From NCBI GenBank assembly GCA_964106645.2, contig OZ067042.1: a DNA stretch of 64,000 nucleotides, one strand, 5' to 3'. Of this stretch, positions 63,942 through 64,000 are shown one piece after another (the first letter of the stretch is position 1; each line of letters opens with the position of its first letter). The notes below the pieces were generated by a model. That model ran no database searches. It had not been told where the DNA came from and was given only the letters and a program-made list of their open reading frames with translations. Origin of the DNA: Podarcis pityusensis. Its lineage: Eukaryota. Made by a program: the position numbers and the translations under genes.

Positions 63942-64000
63942 GGAAACCAAAGCTAGCTGCTAATTCATAACACTTCTCAGAAAGAATTATTCTGACACAT

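Noticed and set aside
1-64000. A novel multi-gene biological system
   Set aside because: All credible coding sequence is explained by TFDP2, ATP1B3 and retroelement fragments; the remaining ORFs are short and unsupported

Overview
Eukaryotic (vertebrate) genomic DNA, almost certainly from a squamate reptile. The Sauria/POM-type SINEs, Squam3-like SINE, BovB/RTE and CR1/L2 relics point to a lacertid-like lizard. The window holds two convergent genes. On the + strand is a complete TFDP2 (E2F dimerisation partner DP-2): a CpG-island promoter at ~2.9-4.0 kb, a non-coding first exon, 10 well-supported coding exons (13671-34125) and a likely short upstream coding exon (5900-5924), giving ~425 aa and probably a multi-kb 3' UTR. 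On the - strand are the last four coding exons of ATP1B3 (Na+/K+-ATPase beta-3, 57951-50085); its 5' exons lie beyond the window end. Introns and the intergenic spacer contain SINEs, LINE fragments and Tc1/mariner- and hAT-type MITEs, several of them nested with readable target-site duplications. Most ORFs in the supplied track are spurious or TE-derived. I see no convincing novel multi-gene system. The most interesting observations are regulatory or structural: a U1-mimic inverted repeat opposite the first splice donor, an apparently remodelled DP-2 N-terminus, a BovB insertion in the promoter, a SINE inserted at a splice donor, and an internal empty-site control for a MITE. All family assignments come from recalled sequence similarity; no database search was run.
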